Source: Candidatus Poseidoniales archaeon
Lineage (GTDB): Archaea > Thermoplasmatota > Poseidoniia > Poseidoniales > Thalassarchaeaceae
Direction of reading: 5' to 3'
Assembly: GCA_012960975.1 (NCBI GenBank)
Contig: DUAE01000039.1
Coordinates: forward strand, 13,437 to 77,436
Length of the DNA stretch: 64,000 nucleotides
Of the stretch, positions 7,505-18,300 are shown piece after piece. The notes beneath the pieces are model-generated. The model did not search any database. It was not told the origin of the DNA and saw only the letters and a list, made by a program, of their open reading frames with translations. The position numbers and the translations under genes are program-made. Position 1 is the stretch's first letter. Each line of letters starts with the position of its first letter.

Positions 7505-10198
7505 TTAGTCTTCATACTCAAGTTCGAGCGCCTGAAGAATTTGTTGGTTTTCTGAACGTGATCTGAAATACAAAACTACAACGAGCAGTACCCCGATTCC
7601 AATCGAAATATACCCTACATACTGAACCATTTCGTCGGAAAGGAAAATAAAAGCTGTTGGCATTTCAGCCGTCACAGATAAGTCGAGAGGTTGTCCGGCG
7701 ACAGGCAACCCTTTCGGCATTACCGTGATGGTAAATTCATAGGTATCATCGTTGAACATATCGCTCGGAGGAGTAACACGAACCTCGACTTCTTGAGTCT
7801 CACCAGCAGCAAGAGCAAACTCTTCCTCAACGATATCGACGGACCAGAATCGGAGTGGATCTGATGATTCGATTACAACCGTTTCTTTGACATTTCCATG
7901 ATTGGTAACGAAGATAGTGAATACACCCTTATTCGGATACGTGACTGTTTTGTGAGATTCATCTTCAAGTGTAAATTGCAAATCGTGAATAGTAATTACA
8001 TCGACGATTAAATTGACTGTTGTGCTCTGAATAGCATTCAACTCACTAGCTGCAGTTACCCTCATTATTCCTGATGCTCCATTCGAAATTCCTTCCAAAA
8101 CTTCGAAATTAAGAGTAATCATAACTCGGTTTTCAGCACCGATGTCGACGTGGAATGGCTCGCTCATCTCAACACCCTCAACTAGCACGGTTCGGATTAC
8201 AGAAGAGTCCATGCCAGTGACGGTTATCACTGCATTATCCCCGATTGGGAAATCTCCTGTATTTTCAACCCAGAATGATGCTGAACCCACTCCCCCTGGA
8301 GGAAGGCTGACTTGTAATTGACCAGATACTTCACCCGGTTCTACAGGAGTAATGCTCATTCCATAATTGAAATTTGATACTTCGACTTGAACTGTATGAT
8401 CTGCCGACTCACTGGTACCGTATATGGCGATTCTTGCAAGGATTGAGGCCCTATCACCATTCTCTTCTCCCTCGGCAGTTACATCTAAGAAAATGCGTTC
8501 TGTTTGACCAGGATCAATGACAATTTGTGAAATTGAATTACCCTCTTGGTCAGTGAATGATGAATACCAAAGTGGGGGATTGCATCCAGTCTGATCGCCA
8601 GGATCACAAGCCTGTAATTTGAAGGTGTCTCGGATATTTCCAGTATTGCTAATATCGATCGGATATTGAACGATTTGTCCTGATTTTCCTTTTTGAGAAG
8701 TGGACACAATCGATGTACTCATATCATGACGGGCTGCGACGGAAACCGATAATGAAACGGTATCATATGGAGTTGTGCCGCCGCCCTTTCCAACGCTAAA
8801 TGTAATCTGAGTTTGATCCTCTGCGCTTGCATCTGCTGGAACATTGACATCGATGCTCACCGTGTCCTCATTATTCCCTGAATGCACACTACCAATGGTC
8901 ACGGAAGGCTGTGAGAACGATACTTGCCAGCCGCCGGGGACACCTTCTGAATTCAAAGAAAGAGTTTCCATCCCATTACCATTATTTTCGACGGTTAATA
9001 TCACTCTCTTCGTCGTCCCTGGCTCGACATTTGAGATACTAGATTGACTCAAGGAGAGGCTGGCATCATGAACTTGACCAACCGTTAGGAGGAGAATTTT
9101 TTCGCATCCAATATCTGTTCCTGAACGGCCTTGTATTTTGATTGGAACTTGGCTGTCAGCCTCTACCGAATCATCTGGAGATACATCAAAATCAAATGTA
9201 TGAGTATCCGTAGTAGAGCCTGGCTCACCAAGAAGAGAAGAAGTTGGAAAATCTACCGAAATCCATTCACTTACATCGAAATTGTCTGCGGTTGCCTTGG
9301 CACTTACCGTCCAATCGGTATTACCAGTATTTGTCACAGTGAAGCTGTTACGCCCTACTTCACCTGGATCTAAACTCATAGAAGTGAATTGCAGAGTGCT
9401 ATCGCATTCTTTGACTTGAGGAATTATGATAGTCAATGTCAAATTATCTTCAGCGGAATCTGCGATATTTGGATCATTGCTCACGGTAGCATCGAGAATG
9501 AAACAATGTGAACCGGCTTCTGTTGCTGGCCCATTTGGAATCTCCACGGTGACTTCAACAGTTTCGCTATCACCTGATTCTAATTGGACTTGGGTAGGTT
9601 CAACCGTCGCATCTAATGTATCAGATTCACAATCTGAATCTGAATTAATCTCGAGTTGAATCGTCTCTTGATTCTCACCGGTATTTTCGACATCGACATC
9701 CCAGGTGAATTCATTCGAATCACCATCGTATGTGACCCGATCTTCATCGACAGTGAGTTTTACCGCATACAGTCCACCACCATCTCCAGCGGTCGTCGTC
9801 ACAGTGACATCTGCGGTTTTTGGCTGACCCGGAGTTCCGGCAGCATTTGCTGTAGCGGTGACCGTTGTTTCACAATCTCCATTCGCCTGATCATTTACGG
9901 TAACGGTGAGAGTTACGGTTTCACTAGTTCCTGCATCGACGGTTCCACTAATTTGTTCGACATTCGATGTAAAGCCATTACAATTTGAAGGATCTTGCGA
10001 AGTCGCTAAATTCACCGTCATATCATCATCACCAGTATTTGAAACGGTGATGCTGTACTCTGCTGGATTATCTGCATCGGCTTCTTGAGCCATTGGAGAT
10101 GCTGAAATAGCCACTTCGAACGATGCTGAAACCATCGGAGAGATAAAAGAAAAGAGTAACAGAATGAAGACTAAACGCGTTGATGTGGCGTTCTTCAT
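7505..10198 (-). CDS. Secreted, C-terminally membrane-anchored surface protein with ~7 CARDB/NEW3-like beta-sandwich repeats (S-layer/adhesin-like)
   Basis: Signal peptide MKNATSTRLVFILLLFSFISPMVSA. A recurring [VI]xNxG[ND] motif (SNTGDDD, ENTGENQ, TNTGNTD, ENNGNGM, SNTGNIR, ENTGDFP, TNHGNVK) appears every ~100-130 aa. C-terminal TM VGYISIGIGVLLVVVLYF plus a short charged tail. Acidic, Thr/Ser-rich composition. Confidence 0.75.
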   Translation of the reverse strand: MKNATSTRLVFILLLFSFISPMVSASFEVAISASPMAQEADADNPAEYSITVSNTGDDDMTVNLATSQDPSNCNGFTSNVEQISGTVDAGTSETVTLTVTVNDQANGDCETTVTATANAAGTPGQPKTADVTVTTTAGDGGGLYAVKLTVDEDRVTYDGDSNEFTWDVDVENTGENQETIQLEINSDSDCESDTLDATVEPTQVQLESGDSETVEVTVEIPNGPATEAGSHCFILDATVSNDPNIADSAEDNLTLTIIIPQVKECDSTLQFTSMSLDPGEVGRNSFTVTNTGNTDWTVSAKATADNFDVSEWISVDFPTSSLLGEPGSTTDTHTFDFDVSPDDSVEADSQVPIKIQGRSGTDIGCEKILLLTVGQVHDASLSLSQSSISNVEPGTTKRVILTVENNGNGMETLSLNSEGVPGGWQVSFSQPSVTIGSVHSGNNEDTVSIDVNVPADASAEDQTQITFSVGKGGGTTPYDTVSLSVSVAARHDMSTSIVSTSQKGKSGQIVQYPIDISNTGNIRDTFKLQACDPGDQTGCNPPLWYSSFTDQEGNSISQIVIDPGQTERIFLDVTAEGEENGDRASILARIAIYGTSESADHTVQVEVSNFNYGMSITPVEPGEVSGQLQVSLPPGGVGSASFWVENTGDFPIGDNAVITVTGMDSSVIRTVLVEGVEMSEPFHVDIGAENRVMITLNFEVLEGISNGASGIMRVTAASELNAIQSTTVNLIVDVITIHDLQFTLEDESHKTVTYPNKGVFTIFVTNHGNVKETVVIESSDPLRFWSVDIVEEEFALAAGETQEVEVRVTPPSDMFNDDTYEFTITVMPKGLPVAGQPLDLSVTAEMPTAFIFLSDEMVQYVGYISIGIGVLLVVVLYFRSRSENQQILQALELEYED

Positions 10199-10239
10199 AT
10201 TTACTCCGAGACTATTGCCCCTCTAAGGTCTTCGTGTGA

Positions 10240-10258
10240 CGCGACCCTTAGGGTCGCG
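10240..10258 (-). repeat. Perfect hairpin CGCGACCC-tta-GGGTCGCG (CCCTTAGGG-core palindrome)
   Basis: 8-bp perfect stem with a 3-nt loop, 6 nt downstream of the S8 protease stop codon and 41 nt upstream of the next gene start. Confidence 0.6.
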
Positions 10259-10264
10259 GAAATT

Positions 10265-13200
10265 TCAGGCTTCCAGGAGTTGCTCAATCTCTGCATCGCA
10301 ATGCAAACAATGTCCTTTCGCGATGATGTCACAACCAGAAACTTGTCCACTCATGTGGTAGCGAGCTCCGCATTCCCCACAAGCCCAGGTTTCGCCGATA
10401 ATGACATCTTGGCTACAAATCCAGCAAGGAATTCCGCTACTTTCTTCCGGCCCTTCATTGAATCCGAGCTTATTGGAGATTTGTTCAATAGTTTCGTTAG
10501 GAATAATCGATTTCAAATCCCCTCCTTTTTGAACATAAAACAAGGCTCCTAAACTACCAATAATAGCGAATAATAGAATGACTATTAATGCCGTTAGACC
10601 TGCTGAAATACTGCTTCCGGAATCAGCAGCAGGTAAGACATCAACCGTAACAACAAATGAATTCCCTTCTATGTCTGAAGCACCCTTAAGCCGAATTTCG
10701 ATATCTCCATCATCTCCACTATTTGGAGTGAATCCTAACTTAACCGAGCGGGTTTCTCCCGGTCGCAAATCGACGAATAATCCATCGAGAATAATAACAT
10801 CCCAGCCATCTGGCCCACTGACTTCAAGAATTTCTGAAATGTCAGAATTCCCAATATTTTGAAGTTCAACCGAGAAGGTATTCTGATAACCTTCTGGAGA
10901 TCGGAATTGTTCGGTTATAGTCCAATCTACTTTATTAACAGAATCAACGAGAAGTGATATCGTCTCAGTAATCTCAATACCGCTTCCTACCATCACTAAA
11001 TCAATACTAGGTTCGGAACCACTCTCAACAGATAGTGGAATTATCACAGTGCACCATACATTACCACTTCCACCCGCCGAGATCATTGTCGGGCCAGTGC
11101 AGGAATAATCCCAGGATTCATCTGGTAAATTCATCGATATCGTCGGCCGCCAAGTCATCGAACCATCATTATGGATTATCCAACCCAAATCAAATCCAGG
11201 AGGACCTACTGGATGGGGTCCAGCACCTAGAGGTGAATCTGAATTGGTCCCATCAGGTAATGCTACCTGATAGAATTCTAGGCGTGGAATAGCTCCAGAA
11301 CGAACATCAATGGTTCGACTCCAATCGATGGTAAATCCATCGGGAGTGGCTAATCTGATTTTCAATTCGCCACTTGAAGCCAATCCATTGCCTTCAATTG
11401 AAAATTGCCAATTAATAATTTCTCCAGATGGGACTACAAATTGATTCAATCCGCCATCAACAGTCCAACCGCCTGGAATTGATAGTAAATAGGGGGTGAA
11501 TTCCATCTCTCGATTCCCTTGATTATTTAATAAAATTGAAATGTTTAGATAATCATTTGGCTCGACCTGGTGCTCGATTCCACCCGAAATTGGAGTAATA
11601 CTTACCTTATCGATGTTTGCGACGGTTAATGGAATGTCGAGCACCCATAATTCGGAACTAACTCTCGATGATACCTGAATCGCTGCTTGGAACACTGAAC
11701 CCGCAGGAATCATTGCTCCGGGTGGATTCACAGTAATATCGATTGTCCGGGATTCTCCGCTAGCCAAGGTTCCTGTGGAACCGTGAGAAGATCCTACAAA
11801 AGCACCAAGGAAATCGAGACCGAGATGCCAGCCAGAAGGTGAAATCATCTCGACATCATATGTCTGAGCACCATTTCCATTATTTGTCACCTGAATTTGC
11901 AGGGTTGAAGCATTGAGAGGATTTACAATTATTTGCCCTGGAGGGAGAAGGATTTCGGCTTGAGATAGTAGAGGCACATCAAAATATATCTCCAACTCTG
12001 ATTCAATCTCATTTTCTGTATCGGTTCCTTTCACTATCATTCGATATAGGCCAGGTTCCGGCGGAGCCGGATGGATTACTATCAAATCGACATTAGTCGA
12101 TTCTGCCGGATCGAGATTGAAAGTATTCGATGTAAACGACGAAAACCAGTCAAATTCTACTCCATCTTGCATCCGTACCGGTTCAGAAACAGCGATTGTT
12201 GCATTTGTCTCAAACAAAGCAGTATTTGTCAATATTAAATTCCAAGTCGTCGAACTATCAGATGAATCACTCAACGTCATTGTCGTTGTATCACTAGTTA
12301 CTCTAACGCCAGGAATACTGACAATGAGTATTTCCTGATAAGCATTATTTGATTCGGATAATTCTTCGACATCATCATTAGGATCAATATGAATCATAAT
12401 GGTGTTATCGCCTTCTATATCGGGCGTCCATAACCATTCTAATGTAGCGATCTCACCTGCTGACATGCTGAGTGTTTTGATATCTAGGGTAACGCTATTA
12501 ACAGATGCTAAAACCTTCAATTCTGCAATTGAACCGGCACCTTGATTGATGATATCAATCGAAAAACCAACCTCTTCACCAATTTGAGGGATTGGTACGG
12601 AAACATCAAAAGTATCTGCAATAAATGTTGGATCAGGGCTCAAATCATTCACATTTACACCACGCACTGCAATTGAATATGGTTGGTAAAAACGACTTCC
12701 ACCGTGAGAGGAGTCCTTCACTCGAACAATCCATACTCCAGTCATCGCATTGTCGATTAATGCAACCTCGACATTGTTGACTGAATCCTTGCTTCCTCCG
12801 ACGACTGAGCGGCCATTGTTGAAATTATTTCCATAGTATACTTGACCGTTAGGATTGATTACTGTCAGATCAAGGTCATTCCTTAATTGAGAATTTGAGG
12901 AAGAAGAACCTGGATAATCCGACCATACAAGAACTATCTTTAGCGGCTCACCTACTCTCGAGACATCGAATGTATATTCCGATTGTTGACCAGATGATAA
13001 TCTGGATCGATCATCGACAAAAATACCAACATCGTCATCTGGGACGAGGGAATTAACCAAATTTACTCGGCCCCATCCTTCATTATTATTTGGAATATCT
13101 CGGGTTCCCATGTCGATTGCACCAAGAATTAACAGTGCCTTGATGAGAGCTGCTTGTGGAGCAGGGCGTCCCGCGATTTCCATCAAATATTCCCGAACTA

Positions 13201-14749
13201 ATGCTGCTGAACCAGCAGCGGCTGGAGTAGACATTGATGTTCCACTGTATTCCAAATACCATGTATTGTTCCAAGTACCTTCAGCATCTGAAGCCTCTTG
13301 GGCTCTGCAAGAACGCACATAATCTCCAGGTGCGGTCAAGTCCGGCTTGATTCTACCATCGTCAGTAGGACCTATGCTGCTCCACCAATACATGTCATCA
13401 GGAGCACCACCATATCGATTTACATGACCACCGATGGTAATCACATTTTTTGCAGTTCCAGGAGGTGAAATACCTTCATTACGCTCATTTCCAGCAGCAA
13501 AGAGAACTGTCATCCCCTCATATTGCCAATATTCATCCCATATTGAAACTCGGTCATCTGCATCTTCGGATTGAGTCGAATAACTGCCGTGGCCGGATTG
13601 AGCCCCCCAGCTATTTGTGTGAATTCTTGAAAAAGCATTGTAGGCTGAGTTCAGCATGCTATTAATTCCATATGAGTAAAGGGCTCCGGTGTCATCATCT
13701 TCCATTGCTTGGAAATACAAACTCGCCTCTGGCGCAATTCCTTGGTAAGTACCAGCGCTTCTCATTCCTGAACCCAAAACCGTGCACGCAACGTGAGTTC
13801 CGTGTCCATTCGAAGGGTCTGCAGTCGAGGAATCCCCCGGAGTTACCGAAGTTAATCCCGCTACCCTACCATTGAAATCGCCGTGGTCATTATCTAAGCC
13901 GGAATCACCGACTGCGATTTTCTGTCCTGAGCCGTTCAGACCGGTAATGAATGTATTTTCAACCGAATTTATTCCCATGTGATTTCGAGCGTTATTATTC
14001 ATTAATTCCAAAATTGGAACTGGAGAAATATATGCGATAGAAGGGTGTGTAATTATTTCACCGAGATTTTCGGTCGATATCTCTCCCCACATTCGTCCAA
14101 TATCAGGACTCCAATAATCGACTAGCCATTCACTCGCTGCATCCTCTAAGGAGTCCTCAAATAATTCCGTCTGATATTGACGAATCAAATCTGCGTTTTT
14201 CCAACCGACGATTTCGACTATTAGAGTTTCGTCTGCTGGAGCATCTCGAAGTACTGGGTGGACAAATAATCCAGCCGGAACTTCGTGAACCGATTTGATC
14301 GAATCGACATCATCCAGCAATTTTAGTTGGTCGAAAGTCCCTTGCACAAGATATCCTGATGGAGGGATTGTCGAGCGAATTTCGACATTTGCCGAATCGA
14401 GAATTTCTAATCGAGCATCCCATAATCCAGTTTCGCCATCTACGATAACGATGGCTAAATCTATTCTAGAATTTGCTAAATTTTCGTTTAAAAATTCATT
14501 TGGAATAAGGCCTGAATGTGTGAACATTCCAATCGTTGATTCTGCGGTTTCGTCTCGAATCTCTTCTATGCCCTCAGTGGTTGCTGGCTCACCCCAATCG
14601 AGAATGCTGTTAGGATTAGGGGATATCTCGATTCTTCCGGATAAAGATGCAAGGTTATCGAACTCTGTATGCTCCTCAACGAGGTCATAAGAAGGAAGAT
14701 ATGGAAGTAAGAGCACTGCTAAAATTAGAGTTGCGGTACGCTTCGCCAT
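10265..14749 (-). CDS. Giant secreted subtilisin-like serine protease (S8) with CARDB-like repeats, C-terminal TM anchor and cytoplasmic zinc-ribbon tail
   Basis: Signal peptide (M)AKRTATLILAVLLLP. Subtilase triad motifs VGDSGLDNDHGDF (Asp), NGHGTHVACTVLGSG (His) and GTSMSTPAAAGSAALV (Ser). Repeats with xNxGxG motifs (INQGAGS, TNNGNGA, NNQGNRE, QNIGNSD). TM LTALIVILLFAIIGSLGALFYV, then an 88-aa tail with CWIC...CGEC...C...CLHC. The track ORF starts at TTG 14755; the first ATG is 14749. Confidence 0.9.
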   Translation of the reverse strand: MAKRTATLILAVLLLPYLPSYDLVEEHTEFDNLASLSGRIEISPNPNSILDWGEPATTEGIEEIRDETAESTIGMFTHSGLIPNEFLNENLANSRIDLAIVIVDGETGLWDARLEILDSANVEIRSTIPPSGYLVQGTFDQLKLLDDVDSIKSVHEVPAGLFVHPVLRDAPADETLIVEIVGWKNADLIRQYQTELFEDSLEDAASEWLVDYWSPDIGRMWGEISTENLGEIITHPSIAYISPVPILELMNNNARNHMGINSVENTFITGLNGSGQKIAVGDSGLDNDHGDFNGRVAGLTSVTPGDSSTADPSNGHGTHVACTVLGSGMRSAGTYQGIAPEASLYFQAMEDDDTGALYSYGINSMLNSAYNAFSRIHTNSWGAQSGHGSYSTQSEDADDRVSIWDEYWQYEGMTVLFAAGNERNEGISPPGTAKNVITIGGHVNRYGGAPDDMYWWSSIGPTDDGRIKPDLTAPGDYVRSCRAQEASDAEGTWNNTWYLEYSGTSMSTPAAAGSAALVREYLMEIAGRPAPQAALIKALLILGAIDMGTRDIPNNNEGWGRVNLVNSLVPDDDVGIFVDDRSRLSSGQQSEYTFDVSRVGEPLKIVLVWSDYPGSSSSNSQLRNDLDLTVINPNGQVYYGNNFNNGRSVVGGSKDSVNNVEVALIDNAMTGVWIVRVKDSSHGGSRFYQPYSIAVRGVNVNDLSPDPTFIADTFDVSVPIPQIGEEVGFSIDIINQGAGSIAELKVLASVNSVTLDIKTLSMSAGEIATLEWLWTPDIEGDNTIMIHIDPNDDVEELSESNNAYQEILIVSIPGVRVTSDTTTMTLSDSSDSSTTWNLILTNTALFETNATIAVSEPVRMQDGVEFDWFSSFTSNTFNLDPAESTNVDLIVIHPAPPEPGLYRMIVKGTDTENEIESELEIYFDVPLLSQAEILLPPGQIIVNPLNASTLQIQVTNNGNGAQTYDVEMISPSGWHLGLDFLGAFVGSSHGSTGTLASGESRTIDITVNPPGAMIPAGSVFQAAIQVSSRVSSELWVLDIPLTVANIDKVSITPISGGIEHQVEPNDYLNISILLNNQGNREMEFTPYLLSIPGGWTVDGGLNQFVVPSGEIINWQFSIEGNGLASSGELKIRLATPDGFTIDWSRTIDVRSGAIPRLEFYQVALPDGTNSDSPLGAGPHPVGPPGFDLGWIIHNDGSMTWRPTISMNLPDESWDYSCTGPTMISAGGSGNVWCTVIIPLSVESGSEPSIDLVMVGSGIEITETISLLVDSVNKVDWTITEQFRSPEGYQNTFSVELQNIGNSDISEILEVSGPDGWDVIILDGLFVDLRPGETRSVKLGFTPNSGDDGDIEIRLKGASDIEGNSFVVTVDVLPAADSGSSISAGLTALIVILLFAIIGSLGALFYVQKGGDLKSIIPNETIEQISNKLGFNEGPEESSGIPCWICSQDVIIGETWACGECGARYHMSGQVSGCDIIAKGHCLHCDAEIEQLLEA

Positions 14750-14782
14750 AATCAATCGCCACTTCCGACCTGTTTTGAGTAT

Positions 14783-14801
14783 ATGGGTTCTATGAACCCA
14801 T
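14783..14801 (-). repeat. Perfect hairpin ATGGGTTC-tat-GAACCCAT
   Basis: 8-bp perfect stem with a 3-nt loop, in the 82-nt spacer between the 185-aa gene and the S8 protease gene. Confidence 0.6.
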
Positions 14802-14809
14802 GAAATGTC

Positions 14810-14818
14810 AAAAAAAAA
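14810..14818 (-). terminator. T9 run on the minus strand (oligo-T archaeal terminator candidate, or part of an AT-rich promoter for the protease gene)
   Basis: A9 on the plus strand, 20 nt downstream of the stop of the 185-aa gene. Archaeal RNAP terminates at oligo-T tracts. Confidence 0.4.
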
Positions 14819-14837
14819 TATTCAAAAATTATGTCAA

Positions 14838-15395
14838 TCAAAGGAAATGATATTCGGTATCATCACTAAAAGTTTCCATCGTCCATTGTCCTACGTCATG
14901 AGTCCAACGGACATCAATATTACCATCATAATAGCCGTAATTTAACAAAATTTCAATAGAATAATTCTCCCATACTGATTCTCCGGTTATCAATAATTCA
15001 AGTTCATCTCCTGCGATTGATGTGTGAGCTGCAAGTTGTTGTTTGTCGAATGAAGTCCGATCGATTTCAATGCCATCAGAATCGAGGAAGCGGATATCGA
15101 TGTGAATATCTTCAATCATCCTCGAACCACGGTTATCCAGTTCTACTAATACAATATGCCCTGGGCCTCCTTGTCGGTAAACCACGTCGACATTGACCTT
15201 CTCGTATGGAACGATCCAGACGAGTGCGACCAGAGTTGCTGTCAGGATTAATAATGCAGCAATAGATGCAAAAATCACTCTGGTAGGTGATATTAAATCG
15301 ATAGACTCTTCAATATGAACAAGTATATCATGAGCGATTTCTTCATCCAATGTTTCCTCGTAATCTTGGTCACGAACCTTCTCTAATAGTCCCAA
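14838..15395 (-). CDS. Type-II (N-in) single-pass membrane protein with ~120-aa beta-rich ectodomain, function unknown
   Basis: Acidic N-terminus, TM VIFASIAALLILTATLVALVWIV, then an ectodomain. The only possible start is TTG 15395, 2 nt after the TAA of the upstream 1456-aa gene (GGC TAA tt TTG), which suggests translational coupling. Confidence 0.55.
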   Translation of the reverse strand: MGLLEKVRDQDYEETLDEEIAHDILVHIEESIDLISPTRVIFASIAALLILTATLVALVWIVPYEKVNVDVVYRQGGPGHIVLVELDNRGSRMIEDIHIDIRFLDSDGIEIDRTSFDKQQLAAHTSIAGDELELLITGESVWENYSIEILLNYGYYDGNIDVRWTHDVGQWTMETFSDDTEYHFL

Positions 15396-15397
15396 AA

Positions 15398-18300
15398 TTA
15401 GCCACCCCCTAAAGTCGTTGCAAGAATTGTAAGAATCCCAGAACTCAGCGGTTCAGGCACAAGTAAATGATGGGTCGAACCAGTGAGACCTGGAATCAAA
15501 TTCAACAAGGAAAGATCCGAGGCTAGACCATTAACCCCAAGAGTAGTTCCAGTGGGTATGCCACCAGTCATTTGAGCATCAAACATCACTCCTCGCAAAT
15601 CGACATCATAACCTTCGATCTGGGCTGAAGCACGTGCAGAAACGATGATTCTTCCACCGTCAACATCTTCGATTTCGATGACGCTATACGGGCCGATTAT
15701 TTCTCTGACATGAATAGTTGCGCTGCGAATATTTTCGCCCATCGCTTCCAACTCTTCCAGGATAATTGGAGGTGAAACTGGTACATCTGTCATACGAACA
15801 TAGAGTTTCTCAACACCAACACCTCCTGAGCGAATAGCCAATCCATAGGATGATGTTGGTTTGATTATCATACGGTCAGTCATACCCTCGGCGAGAAGTA
15901 TCATATCGCCTCGACTATTTATCGCTCGACCAAATGCTTCGATGTAGAGGGACATTCCATTATCAGATGCGGTGAAATCTAGAACTGGGGTTCCTTGAAA
16001 CGCTAGATTTTTTGTAATATCAAAATTCAAATCCGGTTCTGTTGTCAGATTGATATAGCCAGGGATATCGGTTAAGAAAACCGTTGCAGGCCACCATGAA
16101 TCATCCAACCATTGCATCTGTTGCAGCATGATGGATCCGACAGCCGAGCCGTCTCTACGATACATATCAGGCACACTCATGTCGAGAGAGATTGCATCGC
16201 CAATGCTAGCTTGAAGAGCAATAGCTTCAGGAATATCTGTGATTAACATCTCGGTTCGGCTCTTTGATTCACGATTTACTAACATTGCATGAACCCAATC
16301 TAATCTCTCACTGAGTGAAAATTGGGTCGAGGTTGAAACTTCAGTAATCTCGCCTACCGAACGAACTTCAAAGGTACTGTCAACGAATAATGAAGTAGAT
16401 TCACCAACGTCCAGCCCTTGCAAGGTTAAGAGTAAATCCTGGCCATTGATTCCATAGGCGTGAACCATAAACTCTTGACGAGCCGGAATCCAACCATCTA
16501 GGCCTAATTGCAAAGACCAATCTTGTCCATCCTGTACAGGTGAGCGAGTTATCGACATATCAATTTGAGGAGGCATTCCAGGCAACCATGCTTTGAGGTG
16601 AAAGCCTTCAGAAATTCCCAACGTTGACGAATGAAAAGATATGCCATGTACCCAAGGTGGTTCCTCATCGACTGGATCACCATGTACTGCCTCAATTACG
16701 ATATCGAATGAGGATTCAGCATCCAGTTGCATAGCATAGGAAAATGCATCATCATTCGATTCTGAGCCGGTCGAAATATCGCTAGTGAATCCAGCAAGTA
16801 CCGAATTAACAGATCGGCCTAGATCTGCGAATCCACCGATGAAAAAGGCAACTCCCGACATACCATTCGACATATTGAATTCAGGGATATCAATCTGAGA
16901 ACCGCCATCACCACCGGTCGGAATTTGCGCAGATAGTGTCGATGGCATTGGGTCGATTAATGCATGTGCAGTAAGACCTGCATAATCGAGAGTGGGGGCA
17001 TGGTTGACATTGATACTCAGCGGCCGGTCTCCGGCTGCAGTCATAAATGCCGTTCCTCTTCCTGCAGGACCATTAGCACCTTGCTCGACTGGCTCAATCC
17101 AACCTATTTCTTGCAAGCCTGTTAATCTCGCGGAAATCGACGAAGTCCCATCGTTTGGATCATGATCGAATAAGAAATGGTCGCCACTCATAGTAATAGG
17201 ATCTGTTGAATTACTAACTTGGATTTCGAGTGTCGATATTGGTGAAGTTCCACGCCATCGCGTACGCTCGCCAAATTCCATCGAAAATTCAGCAGGTAAA
17301 TCATGAATGTTTGCCCCCTGTCGCTGATCAGCATCAAGGCCAAGATAAGTTATCTTTTCGATACCGGAACTAGCACTATAAGTCATTGAATCAGGAGTAA
17401 GAGTAACGGTTAAATTATTTGGAATATCTGAGAGAGTTAGACTTTGGTAAGATGATTCATTAAGAGATTCTCCACTATGTTCGATGAATGTAAATGTTAG
17501 CGGATTAATTGAATCGGTCTGAAGGTTTACGAATTGAATATCAGTCTCATCATTATCGTCAAACACAAAGGAAATTAGGCCACTGAAACGTATACTCGCA
17601 GCAACTGGCACGATTGGATCTCTAAGACCGAATTCACCCATCACCTTCTCTAAATTCTGGTCTTCAGCCAGAACCACGTGGTCACCCGGAATAATTGGAT
17701 GTGGGCTTGAACCAATTTCAACATTGATTAAGTCAATCGCTAATGGTTGTCTTTCTATTGTCCAATCATCACTCATCAACAAACTGACCTTTCTGCCATC
17801 GAGAGAACTCGAACCAGTTACTCCTCCACTAAGAACCGATACGACTTCGCTGGGAATAGTATTCAAGACAGTACCTACATCGAGGAAAAGATCAACAATA
17901 TTCAAAATTGCAGAATCGAGTATTCTTGATAAAAAGTCTAAATTTTCAGATGAATCCAAACTCATATCAGCATTATCAGAATCTCCTAACTCAAATGAAC
18001 CAAATAAGACGATTGCTGTCGGAATTGAACTCGCTTCAATATGCAGTCGACTATGATCGGTAGCAATTCCTCCTCGTTTATGCCAAGAATTGTAATCGAT
18101 TGATTGTATGGATTGAACCGAACGAAAGAGGACCAATGATTTTGGTGGATAAGCCGGATTTACTGGTAGTGTTGAGTCATCGACGTTTTGAGAGGTATCT
18201 CTCGTGAAATTTTTGATTGCAACTATCAACCCGAGTCGCTCAGGCTGTCCCCCAGGCAATTCTGGCGATGATTTAGAACCGAGCATGGTGAATATCCTAT

